From an uncultured archaeon (GTDB taxonomy: Archaea; Asgardarchaeota; Thorarchaeia; Thorarchaeales; Thorarchaeaceae): a DNA stretch of 28,732 bases. Positions 8,234 through 17,025 of this stretch are shown here, piece after piece. A program made the translations under genes and the position numbers. Location: positions 1 to 28,732 of the forward strand of contig CAZVZC010000013.1 in the NCBI GenBank assembly GCA_964631415.1, read 5' to 3'. Under the pieces are notes generated by a model. The model was not told the DNA's origin. It worked only from the letters and a program-made list of their open reading frames with translations, and searched no databases. Position 1 is the stretch's first letter. Each line of letters starts with the position of its first letter.

Positions 8234-10810
8234 CTAGGGAACAAACGTCACAGTCCTCTCAATCATCGTGTTCGTCGTGTCTGCCGCGTGAAATGCTCCT
8301 GCCGTAGCGTAGAAATACATCAGGTTGTAGCCGTACTGCTGTGTGCCTTCGTCAAATGCGTACCACAAGTCGAAGAGGTCGTCCCAGTGGAGACTGAAGG
8401 GATTGCCGCTCTGTCCTGCAGGAATCACACCGTATGACATCTGTATGTTGCTCAGGTCTGCGACCATCCTCCATGAAGGACCGTGTGTCACTCTCCAGCC
8501 GCCTGCACTGTTCAGAGTGTTCTGTCCCCGATGAGGTCCTCCACCGATGTACGTCAAGTCCGCGATATGATCAATGTAGACCCTGTGGTGAACGCCATAG
8601 ATCCAATTCGCCGGGTCAGTGCCAAAGTCCTCAATCATTCCATTGAGAGCACGATGAAGGGCCCTAACAAGTATCTGTTCACGGGTTTCAACCGTCGGGC
8701 TTGTCGTATGATCGTCAAGGTAGTATGAGTAGTTCTCCCTGATGATCATCTCGACAATCGGTGTTCGAGACAGAGGAAGCGTTGTGTCAATTGACCTTAG
8801 CTCATCAAGGATCTCATAGTGTATTGCACTGAGGAGATACATCCAAAACGTTGGGGCGACAATATCGGTGTCCATGACGTAGTCCCATTCTTCGAGCCAA
8901 GTCACAGCCTGCTCAACACTGCTGTTGCCGTCTCCTGCACTGGCCCATGCAGCGGTGACGTAGGGGACGATTTGCTGAGCTCTGACTTCGAGTGAGTCTG
9001 CCTGATACTGCTTCATGTCATCGACAGTCACATTGTTGTTGGCTGCCAGGAGAGAGTCGATGCGGCGGCCTCTGTAGCCGTCATCAAAAGGTCCCAGCAT
9101 TTTGAATCCGTAGGAACTGAAGTCGATTGATTTCTGATTGGCGGACTGCAAGTAGCCCTGTGATGGGTTCACGGATCGAGGAATCAGGGCATAGGGGATG
9201 TTGCTCACCATGCCTATAGAGTCGTTCAAGGCGGTGACCGGGTACTCACCTGTGTATCCCGATCTGATAGGGAACCTGCCACACACGGTAATGGCTATGT
9301 TCCCTGCGTCATCAGCATAGATTATGTTCTGTGGCGGGCTGTCCCACCAGTACAGCGCATCATAGTATCCTTGGAGATCGTTGGCTCTGTTCAGTTTGCT
9401 GATGGCAAGCAACGAAGTGGACACATCACTTCCCGTCCAATTCATTGCGATGTTGGGCTCTGTGTTGGAGTCAAGGCCATATGTGTCCAAGACAGAGTCG
9501 ATGAGCGGCCCATGAACGGAAACCTTCACATCGAACGGGACATCTGGTCCGCCTTTCACGTGAATCGTCTCGTCCACCAATTGGAGGGCTCTGTACTGAC
9601 CATTATACATGTACTTGCTCGAGTTGGTGGGATCGAGCTGCTCTACAAACACATCAAGCACATCCGCGCCAACATTAGTGAACCCCCAAGCGACATGGGC
9701 TGTGTGTCCCAGAATGACTCCTGGCAATCCGGGCAAAGTCACTCCGGCAACGTCTATCTCTCCGGGCACGACAATATGAGCCTCGTACCATAGTGATGGG
9801 GCTTGTAGCCCCAGATGTGGATCATTGGCTAGCAAGGGTTCGCCAGTGGCCGACCTCAGTCCGCTGACCGCCCAGTTGTTACTGCCCAGCATCTCCTCTT
9901 CGAACGGTCTGATGGCATCTCCGAGTACTGCCATCAGAGCGTTAAGCTTCTCACTTGGTATGACCGCCGGGTCGACGATTACTTGGCTAACCAGGCCTTC
10001 CGGGTTCGCCGTCGCAGGGTGTCCTCCTGGCGCATTTGGATAAGTGGCTAGGCTCAAGTTTGTCTGCTCGGGCACTATCGGCACTTCATAGGGCATGACA
10101 TCCGGGAAGAGCTCACCATACATTGTGTCGTTGTCAATGGTTTCTCTCACCCACTGGCGATAGAAGTCCTCGAAACCGCCTGACAGGCCCCATGCCATCA
10201 TCTCTGACCATATGAAGATGTCCAACCGGGTCCAATGTTGGGGTGTGAACCCGAGGATCTTGAACTCAATAGGTGTCATCGCACTTGTCATGGAGTCGAT
10301 GAATGCGTTTACCCCTTGGACCTCCGCGTCAACCACGCTAAGGGAATATGCGATATCAGGGTCGGCTTGGTGTCCTACACACCAGTCGAGGGTATTCTGT
10401 GCGGACCTCGCTAGGCCGATAGTACGGTAGAACTTGTCGCTACTAACGCCGCGAGAACCGACGATTTCACTAATCCGCCCTGAGGCCAGGTAGTTCTGCA
10501 ACACCATCTGGAACAACCTGTCCCTAGCATGAAGGTACCCCAAGGCCATGTAAGCATCTTCGGCTGTGTCACCGTATATGTGAGGGATACCCCACTGGTC
10601 GACAATCACGTCGACCTGCGCTGTGAGACCCGGCAGTTTCACTGTCTGCGCGGCAGCGTTCTTAGCCCCATATCCCACATCAAAAATCCCGCCAATAGGC
10701 TGGATGATGCCCAGACCACCTGCCAGCGGTCCAATGGGCATGGTCAGAAGCACTATCATTACCGCAGGACCGACAAGCGACAGGCAAAAGCTGATGATTC
10801 TCTTCCTCAT
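8234..10810 (-). CDS. Penicillin acylase family protein (peptidase S45, Ntn hydrolase), N-terminally membrane-anchored
   Basis: DQWGIPHIY, GYLHARDRLFQM, autoproteolytic GSNNWAVSG (nucleophile Ser codon 9881-9883), ANDPHL, SANQ, GPSWRMVAD and GQSGNP. GGTGA RBS before ATG 10810. Confidence 0.95.
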   Translation of the reverse strand: MRKRIISFCLSLVGPAVMIVLLTMPIGPLAGGLGIIQPIGGIFDVGYGAKNAAAQTVKLPGLTAQVDVIVDQWGIPHIYGDTAEDAYMALGYLHARDRLFQMVLQNYLASGRISEIVGSRGVSSDKFYRTIGLARSAQNTLDWCVGHQADPDIAYSLSVVDAEVQGVNAFIDSMTSAMTPIEFKILGFTPQHWTRLDIFIWSEMMAWGLSGGFEDFYRQWVRETIDNDTMYGELFPDVMPYEVPIVPEQTNLSLATYPNAPGGHPATANPEGLVSQVIVDPAVIPSEKLNALMAVLGDAIRPFEEEMLGSNNWAVSGLRSATGEPLLANDPHLGLQAPSLWYEAHIVVPGEIDVAGVTLPGLPGVILGHTAHVAWGFTNVGADVLDVFVEQLDPTNSSKYMYNGQYRALQLVDETIHVKGGPDVPFDVKVSVHGPLIDSVLDTYGLDSNTEPNIAMNWTGSDVSTSLLAISKLNRANDLQGYYDALYWWDSPPQNIIYADDAGNIAITVCGRFPIRSGYTGEYPVTALNDSIGMVSNIPYALIPRSVNPSQGYLQSANQKSIDFSSYGFKMLGPFDDGYRGRRIDSLLAANNNVTVDDMKQYQADSLEVRAQQIVPYVTAAWASAGDGNSSVEQAVTWLEEWDYVMDTDIVAPTFWMYLLSAIHYEILDELRSIDTTLPLSRTPIVEMIIRENYSYYLDDHTTSPTVETREQILVRALHRALNGMIEDFGTDPANWIYGVHHRVYIDHIADLTYIGGGPHRGQNTLNSAGGWRVTHGPSWRMVADLSNIQMSYGVIPAGQSGNPFSLHWDDLFDLWYAFDEGTQQYGYNLMYFYATAGAFHAADTTNTMIERTVTFVP

Positions 10811-11010
10811 GCATCTCACCTAGAGCCCCGAAGTGTGGTGTAAGAGAATGTGGGTCGTAACTGATAAGTCTTGGTGAAGGCAAAAACCGAGGGTATGTCC
10901 TGTTCTATGCAGAGATGTGCACACCACCCTCTGCAATGGGCTAGCTGTGCATGTTGGTTGACAAGCTTTTTCAGTAAGATAGATGGCCGGTAACGAGGTC
11001 GTGAGTAACC

Positions 11011-12057
11011 ATGGTAAAGACCGACACATTCAGAGGCAGAGATTTCATAACACTACGTGAATACACAAAAGAGGAAGTCGAAACGATTCTGGAGGTCGCT
11101 CTAGACCTAAAGAGGAAGTTCGCAATCGGAGAGCCGCACAAGCTTCTGGACTCGAAGACGCTCTTCATGATATTCTACAACCAGAGCCTTCGGACACGCA
11201 ACTCATTTGAAGCAGGAATGACGCAGCTCGGAGGACATGCCCACTTCTTGGACCCTGACAAGATATACGCTCCAGCGCTGGAAGGTGATGAGAAGGCCTA
11301 CTCTACCGAGAGAGTGGCCGATGTCGCCAGAGTTCTTTCCAGAATGGGACACGGGATATCGATTCGCTGCTATGGTGACCCGGTAGGCTGGATCTATGGT
11401 CGGGCAAACGAGATAATCAGAAACTTCGCCCATTGGTCCAGCATTCCGGTCATCAACATGGAGGATGATAAATACCATCCGTGTCAGGCACTGGCTGACA
11501 TCATGACTGTGAAGGAGAAGTTCGGCACATTCAAAGGCGTCCGATTCGTGATGTCTTGGGCTTACTCCCCATCAGTCCACAAACCGCTGGCCGTACCGCA
11601 GAGTGCAATCATTGCAGCGACCAAGATGGGCATGGACACAGTGCTAGCTCATCCTAAAGGAATGGAACTCGATGACGACATCATCAAGCAATGCAAGGTG
11701 TATGCCCAGGAGAACAACAGCAGCTTCGAGATAATGAATGATATGGATGAGGCATTCAAAGGTGCTAATGTTGTATACCCGAAGTCTTGGACATGTAAGC
11801 AATTCATACCACCTTTCAACAGCAAGCCAGAGCTCGACAAGGCAAAGGTCGTTTTTGACAAGAACAAGAGCTGGATTTGCGATGACGCGAAGATGAAGAT
11901 TGCCGGGCCCAAGGCTCTCTACATGCATTGCCTCCCATGTGACCGCGGTTTCGAGGTTGCGAACTCAGTGATAGATGGACCTCAATCCATCGTCTGGGAT
12001 CAGGCCGAGAACAGGCTGCATGCGCAGAAGGCTGTAATGGCACTGACCATGCGCTAG
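11011..12057 (+). CDS. Knotted-type carbamoyltransferase (AOTCase/SOTCase/YgeW-like member of the OTCase superfamily)
   Basis: Carbamoyl-phosphate motif SLRT, HPCQ, WAYSPSVHKPLAVPQS, YPKSW, HCLP, QAENRLH and an extended 80s loop. Confidence 0.92.
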   Translation: MVKTDTFRGRDFITLREYTKEEVETILEVALDLKRKFAIGEPHKLLDSKTLFMIFYNQSLRTRNSFEAGMTQLGGHAHFLDPDKIYAPALEGDEKAYSTERVADVARVLSRMGHGISIRCYGDPVGWIYGRANEIIRNFAHWSSIPVINMEDDKYHPCQALADIMTVKEKFGTFKGVRFVMSWAYSPSVHKPLAVPQSAIIAATKMGMDTVLAHPKGMELDDDIIKQCKVYAQENNSSFEIMNDMDEAFKGANVVYPKSWTCKQFIPPFNSKPELDKAKVVFDKNKSWICDDAKMKIAGPKALYMHCLPCDRGFEVANSVIDGPQSIVWDQAENRLHAQKAVMALTMR

Positions 12058-12075
12058 TAGCGATAGCTTACGCAC

Positions 12076-12125
12076 ATCGGGGTCACGCACGGCGGCCGAA
12101 ATCGGCCAATGTCGTGGCCTCCGAT
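12076..12125 (+). terminator. Long GC-rich hairpin between the two carbamoyltransferase genes
   Basis: ATCGGGGTCACG pairs with CGTGGCCTCCGAT (one bulge, one GU). Inner stem GGCCG/CGGCC. Confidence 0.55.
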
Positions 12126-12129
12126 ACAC

Positions 12130-12138
12130 CTTAAAACG
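12130..12138 (+). promoter_or_regulatory. TATA-like box for the second carbamoyltransferase
   Basis: CTTAAAACG lies ~25 nt before GTG 12161 and ~35 nt before ATG 12170. The same 9-mer is at 26980-26988 upstream of tdh. Confidence 0.5.
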
Positions 12139-12169
12139 CCGCGACCTTCTTCCTTTTGTAGTGATTCCT

Positions 12170-13222
12170 ATGAAGAGTCTTTTTGGACGAGACCTGATAA
12201 CGACCCAAGAATGGAGTGTTGAAGAGCTCGAGCGAACCTTGGCCCTGTCTTTTGAGTTCAAGGCTCACCGCTTCGACCACCCATTGAGGAACTGTCTTGA
12301 CCGCAAGACGTTCATGATGTTCTTCTTCAATCCTAGCGTGAGAACCAGACAAAGCTTCGAGTGTGCGGCCACGGAACTGGGTGGGCACGCTCAGTTTCTC
12401 GAACCCAAAACAATGAGACTCAAGACGGAGACAAGTGCAGGCGAAACAGTCCAGGATGCCGCGAATGTGATGAGTCGCTATGCCTGTGGGATTGGCATCA
12501 GGACTCTTGAAACCGCAGTCGACCGCTACGGCGAAGGCGACGACCTTCTCCGGGAGTACGCGAAATGGGCGAGTGTGCCTGTCATCAGCATGGCACATGA
12601 CAAGTTTCACCCTTGCCAAGGATTGGCTGATGTAATGGGAATGAGAATGCACGGCGGCAAGAACCTGAAGCGTAAGAAGCTCCTGCAAGTATGGGGAAAG
12701 GGAGCTCTGGTAAGATCTTGGTGTTCAGTTCAAGAGAGTATTCTAGTCAACACCCGCCTCGGACTTGACGTTGCTCTGGCCTATCCTGAAGGCTATGACT
12801 TAGATCCGCAAGTCATCAAGTGGTGTGAAGACAATGCGGCCGCATCGGGTGGCAGATTCGAGATAGTGCATGACCTGGAGGAAGGATACAAGGGGGCGGA
12901 TTTCGTCTATAGTCGCAATTGGCAGAGCCCTGCGTTCTATGCAGACATGAAGAAGTCGGGTGCTGACGCCGCCAAGAAGAAAGAGATCGAGATGGCAGCA
13001 AAGCATGATGACTGGATCTGCACCAGCGACTGGATGTCAAAGACAAGGAATGCCTTCTTCATGCACTGTGGACCTGTGGATCGTGGTGCAGAGGTGACTG
13101 ACGAAGTCTGTGACGGGCTTCGGTCAATCGTATACGACATAGCCGAGAACAGGCTTCATGTTCAGAAGGCGATAATGGCTCTGACAATGGCTGGCCCTGA
13201 AGCTAAGTCAGATCGCAAGTAG
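12170..13222 (+). CDS. Divergent carbamoyltransferase paralogue (OTCase superfamily), substrate unknown
   Basis: SVRT, HPCQ and AENRLH are retained. Substrate-side motifs are altered: WGKGALVRSWCSVQE, YSRNW, HCGP. Confidence 0.9.
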   Translation: MKSLFGRDLITTQEWSVEELERTLALSFEFKAHRFDHPLRNCLDRKTFMMFFFNPSVRTRQSFECAATELGGHAQFLEPKTMRLKTETSAGETVQDAANVMSRYACGIGIRTLETAVDRYGEGDDLLREYAKWASVPVISMAHDKFHPCQGLADVMGMRMHGGKNLKRKKLLQVWGKGALVRSWCSVQESILVNTRLGLDVALAYPEGYDLDPQVIKWCEDNAAASGGRFEIVHDLEEGYKGADFVYSRNWQSPAFYADMKKSGADAAKKKEIEMAAKHDDWICTSDWMSKTRNAFFMHCGPVDRGAEVTDEVCDGLRSIVYDIAENRLHVQKAIMALTMAGPEAKSDRK

Positions 13223-13270
13223 GATTGGAATCAAGTAGAGTTCCGCCTGCTGCAAAACTGGTATCAGAAT

Positions 13271-13315
13271 GTCCAGTCCGGCTGTCGCCCTCACAATGTG
13301 GCAGGCAGGCTGGAC
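13271..13315. terminator. Hairpin between convergent genes
   Basis: GTCCAGTC/GGCTGGAC, CTGTC/GGCAG and CAC/GTG nested pairings. Confidence 0.45.
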
Positions 13316-13336
13316 CAACTGATCTGTTAGGGTCGG

Positions 13337-13618
13337 CTACCATGCACCCTCGGTTGTATCGAATGCCTTCAGAATGAAGAAGATTATAATCGCTACAAGA
13401 ATGATGACCGTGAAGAAGCCGAGGACAAATGCAGGACCGGACAGTTCGTTCCAGAACACCAAGGGTCCAAAGATGTATCTGAAGTTGACTACTCCTGTCA
13501 CATCTGCCATAATCACCAGCGCAAGGGGCATCATGACGAACACTGTCAATGCCACTGCAATGTAGGCGGCGCGCCGAACCCACACGTGTTTGAAACGAGG
13601 CTTTGGTTCCTCCGTCAT
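13337..13618 (-). CDS. Small 2-TM membrane protein, paralogous to the C-terminal domain of the upstream gene
   Basis: 82-aa ungapped alignment to the 13667 gene C-terminus, with shared IFGPxxFWNELSGP and ILKAFxxxEGxW. Confidence 0.88.
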   Translation of the reverse strand: MTEEPKPRFKHVWVRRAAYIAVALTVFVMMPLALVIMADVTGVVNFRYIFGPLVFWNELSGPAFVLGFFTVIILVAIIIFFILKAFDTTEGAW

Positions 13619-13666
13619 GGCACTCTACTTCATGTCAGTCGGTCACCAAGACAGATGCATGGCTGC

Positions 13667-14545
13667 CTACCAAGTGCCTTCTGCTGCGCTAAAAGCTTTG
13701 AGGATGAAGTACATCATAATCGCAGAAAGAATAACAATCGCTCCAAAACCCATAATGAAGCCCGGTCCTGACAGTTCGTTCCAGAAGATGAACGGACCAA
13801 AGATCTCGCTGAAGGCGCCGACCCCGGTCAGGTCGGAAACCAGCATCAGGAAATACGGTGTCGTCACGAAGACAAGCGCAGCAACAGAGAGGTAGCCTGC
13901 TCTCTTGAGCCAGACTGCCCTCATATCGGACTCTGGCATTGGTGCGACCGCTGCCGTTGCGGTGGCTGGCTCTGCTTGCTTGGCTGCGACACCCGTGCCG
14001 CTTCTCAGATATCGATGACGCAACGAGTCATACCTCAGTTTCCAGTACTCCACGAAGCCCTGCTTGCTGATGTCGTCGGTTCTCCTTAGCAGGCGCCACA
14101 TGAGTGCTGTTGCCGCGATGAACGTGAAAACACCAGCAGCTACGGGGGCGGCATATTCGTAGAACAAGAGGATGTTGTATACAGCCGCGCCCACTCTGAA
14201 TCCTACAAGCACTGCGAGCCACCCTGTCCGATTTCCGAATATCCGCGACCTAGTGTGAAGGTAGTAAGACCCAGCGATCATGGCAAACAATGAGAATGAA
14301 ACTATGTCAACAAGGAACCAGATGTACCACCACTCAGTACTGAGCGCAAACCGCACAAGAGGGTTGAACTCATAGGCCCCTCCATAGCTGTTCCATAGCA
14401 GGACGGTATAGATTGCATCAATCAGACCAATGGGAGTGAGAGATATGACAAGGTATCGAACCCATCTCTCTTCCCACCATAATGACAACATCTGACGAGG
14501 AGTCATTGTGGTCAGGTCTTTCCTTCGCTTAGGCACGCGCATCAT
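13667..14545 (-). CDS. Membrane protein: N-terminal 4-TM domain (DUF5658-like D...T...ExNP motif) fused to a C-terminal 2-TM domain
   Basis: IDAIYT...YEFNPLVRF motif, a basic/Ala-rich linker and the duplicated C-terminal domain. Start uncertain (14608 to 14542). CTTATA TATA-like at ~14593-14598 favours a downstream ATG. Confidence 0.85.
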   Translation of the reverse strand: MMRVPKRRKDLTTMTPRQMLSLWWEERWVRYLVISLTPIGLIDAIYTVLLWNSYGGAYEFNPLVRFALSTEWWYIWFLVDIVSFSLFAMIAGSYYLHTRSRIFGNRTGWLAVLVGFRVGAAVYNILLFYEYAAPVAAGVFTFIAATALMWRLLRRTDDISKQGFVEYWKLRYDSLRHRYLRSGTGVAAKQAEPATATAAVAPMPESDMRAVWLKRAGYLSVAALVFVTTPYFLMLVSDLTGVGAFSEIFGPFIFWNELSGPGFIMGFGAIVILSAIMMYFILKAFSAAEGTW

Positions 14546-14708
14546 GGTGGAACGCTCAGTCGTCATTCTGGAGTTGTACATTGACGTAGGCGCTATAAGT
14601 GCTTCCACCTACGCAGTAGTGGCAAAAGCCTTGAAACTCACTGGAGCCTCCATTCTGTTTTGATCTTGTCGAAAGGGTCCATGTGCCGAACGTGTCAGGC
14701 TGCGATGG

Positions 14709-14745
14709 AAAAATAAGAGAGGCAGAGGGTCGAGCCCTCTGCTTT
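14709..14745 (-). terminator. Intrinsic-terminator-like hairpin with U-rich tail after the ABC binding-protein gene
   Basis: The minus strand reads GCAGAGGG-CTCGA-CCCTCTGC followed by CTCTCTTATTTTT. Confidence 0.7.
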
Positions 14746-14792
14746 TGCGTTCGTGAACTCCTACATTACTGCAAGTCTGTGCTTTTGACCGT

Positions 14793-16658
14793 CTAGGTCA
14801 CTGCAAAGGTCTTGTAGTAGTTGTAGAAGTACATGTCGTGCATTGCATTGTACTGGTAGCCTATCATGTACTTTGACTCTACATGGAAGCTCTGAGCCTG
14901 GTATGCCCAGATGTAGGCAACTTGGTCTACTATGGCCTGCTGGATCTTACCGTAGAGAATCAGTCGCTCTGTCGAGTTCTGACTCTGTGATGCGGCTGTA
15001 ATCCAACCGTCGACAAGGGTCGCGTTCCAGCCAATCGATACGTCCAGACCGATCCTTCTTGGGTAAGTACCAGTGCTTCTGACGAATGGTCCTACGTAGT
15101 TGTCCGGGTCAGCGTAGTCAGGTGCCCATCCTAGGAAGAAGATAGGCAGCTGTTTGTTCTGTACCTGGAACAGGTAGCTTGCCCACTCAAGGGCGATGAC
15201 ATCAACCGTCAGCGGCGAAGATGGCTGGGTGGCCGCTGGGTCAGCAAGGATGGCTGCGATGCCGTCCTTCATCAGCAGGCAGGCTCTCTCACGGTTGGTG
15301 TTGCCTGAGTTGTAGTAGATCTCAAGCTTGTAGGACATGTTGGCTAGCACGGCGGGGAGGCCAGCAGCCATTGCGGCGTTCCACTTCTGAACAGCTTGGT
15401 CAAGGTCGTACTGGTACATGAACAGGCTGTCGTTGTGTCCGAACATGGTGATTGGGATTGGTCCCTGAGCCTGTTCACCAAAGCCGTTCAGGACGTTCGT
15501 AATGAACGATGCGTAGTTGAAGGCGTAAGAGAAGGATTCTCTCAGTGTCTTGATGGTGAACGGGCTCTGGACTATCGAACCAGACTTGTTCAGATAGGGG
15601 TTCATGTTGAAGCCGATGAACATCACGTCGTACGTGAGGTACTGTGCCCACAGCTTCAGACCGGAGATCGATGACTTGAGTGTACCGTCGCCGTTCGAAC
15701 CGTTGACGCGGTTCCAGATCTGGTCAGAGTGGCTCACTGGCCAGTACGTCTGATCGGTCGTTCCTGCCTTAATGTTCAGAATCCTGCTGTTGACATCCTC
15801 GTTGGTCTTGATTGTTATCGAGGTGCAGTTACCTGCATACGGGTGAGTTGTCTTGGCAGCATCTGCTCTCCAGTAGTTGGGATTCAGGTCAAGCTGGATG
15901 TGCGAGTCAGGCACCCAAGCGGTCACCATGTATGGCCCAGTGCCACAGGTAGTTGTGTCCACTATCGTGTTGTGTGTGCCAATTGTGACTCCGCCGTTTG
16001 CCTCAACCCATGATGGGCTCATCATCGCACCGACCTCGTAGGTGATTGCAGCGAGGAACGGAGAGTACGCGTACGCCAGTCTCAGCCTCACGACGTAGGT
16101 GCTCATCACGAGGATTCCACCTGTGCCAGCGTCATTTGCGGCCTTCCAAGCGGTGAAGTTGCCCAAGTGCTGGGAACTGCCCTCACCGAATGAAAAGACA
16201 GCGTCCTCAACGGCCTGTCCGCCGAGGATTGGCTCAGCGAACATCCATCCGGGACCAAAGCTGTCGAATATCTTCATGACTCTCTCGAGGTTGTACTTCA
16301 CGCATGAAGCGTTGAACGGGGTCCCGTCATGGAACGTGATGCCCTCACGGAGGGTGAAGGTGTAGTTCAGCCCGTCTGCTGAAACCACTACGCCCGAAGC
16401 CAGCAACGGCACCGTCGGGGCCGTGTCTGTCGAGTCAAAGTCATACGTATACAACGTCTCATACACATTATACGAGATCCACGAGCCGAAAGACTCGTAG
16501 TCCGTATGCGGATCTAGATACTCCGGATTGCCAATCGTTTCTAGTATCATGGCGTTTGGTCTCGGAGGTGGAGCCGGGGGCTGTAGTAAGAAATATGCTC
16601 CAGCCGCACCCACAATGACGACCACCACTACGATGGCAAGGAGTTGGTTCTTCTGCAT
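14793..16658 (-). CDS. Peptide/nickel ABC transporter substrate-binding protein (family 5, DppA/OppA-like), N-terminal membrane anchor
   Basis: LDPH, NVYETL, YTFTLREGITFHDGTPFNA, GTGPY and GWAPDYADP. GGAGG RBS. Many N-X-S/T sequons. Confidence 0.96.
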   Translation of the reverse strand: MQKNQLLAIVVVVVIVGAAGAYFLLQPPAPPPRPNAMILETIGNPEYLDPHTDYESFGSWISYNVYETLYTYDFDSTDTAPTVPLLASGVVVSADGLNYTFTLREGITFHDGTPFNASCVKYNLERVMKIFDSFGPGWMFAEPILGGQAVEDAVFSFGEGSSQHLGNFTAWKAANDAGTGGILVMSTYVVRLRLAYAYSPFLAAITYEVGAMMSPSWVEANGGVTIGTHNTIVDTTTCGTGPYMVTAWVPDSHIQLDLNPNYWRADAAKTTHPYAGNCTSITIKTNEDVNSRILNIKAGTTDQTYWPVSHSDQIWNRVNGSNGDGTLKSSISGLKLWAQYLTYDVMFIGFNMNPYLNKSGSIVQSPFTIKTLRESFSYAFNYASFITNVLNGFGEQAQGPIPITMFGHNDSLFMYQYDLDQAVQKWNAAMAAGLPAVLANMSYKLEIYYNSGNTNRERACLLMKDGIAAILADPAATQPSSPLTVDVIALEWASYLFQVQNKQLPIFFLGWAPDYADPDNYVGPFVRSTGTYPRRIGLDVSIGWNATLVDGWITAASQSQNSTERLILYGKIQQAIVDQVAYIWAYQAQSFHVESKYMIGYQYNAMHDMYFYNYYKTFAVT

Positions 16659-16690
16659 TTTCTTCCTCCTTCTTCTTGGTGTTCTGTAAG

Positions 16691-16794
16691 CTCACGGCCC
16701 TAGCAACCCCTGCGGGTGGCTTGGACTGCCGAGGTTCTCACACCGAGTATGGTTACCTCAGGCTTATGAAACACAACCTATACGAGGCGTGAGA
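16691..16794 (-). promoter_or_regulatory. Candidate structured 5' leader (two hairpins) of the binding-protein gene
   Basis: Stems at 16736-16794 and 16697-16726. Five positions are G-U pairs on the minus strand but A-C mismatches on the plus strand. Confidence 0.45.
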
Positions 16795-17025
16795 GAGTCT
16801 AATATAGCTATCGACTTCTTGGGCGCAGGTGCCTCTGGCACAGAGATTCTGCGGGATTCAAAAGCTATTAGACGTCGAATGATGTCTTCATCCATGAACC
16901 AGTACGGCGCGTCAGGCAGCCTCAGGCCTCAAGCAAACGCTTAAGTAGGGTGCCCAGATGGGACCCTGAGCCCAGACAAGGTTGCTCACGAGCCGCTCGT
17001 CTCATAGGTACCTGAGGGTCGACAG

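Noticed and set aside
11011-13222. Labelling either carbamoyltransferase as canonical argF/arcB
   Set aside because: Both lack the STRT and SMG ornithine-binding signatures, so no gene symbol was assigned.
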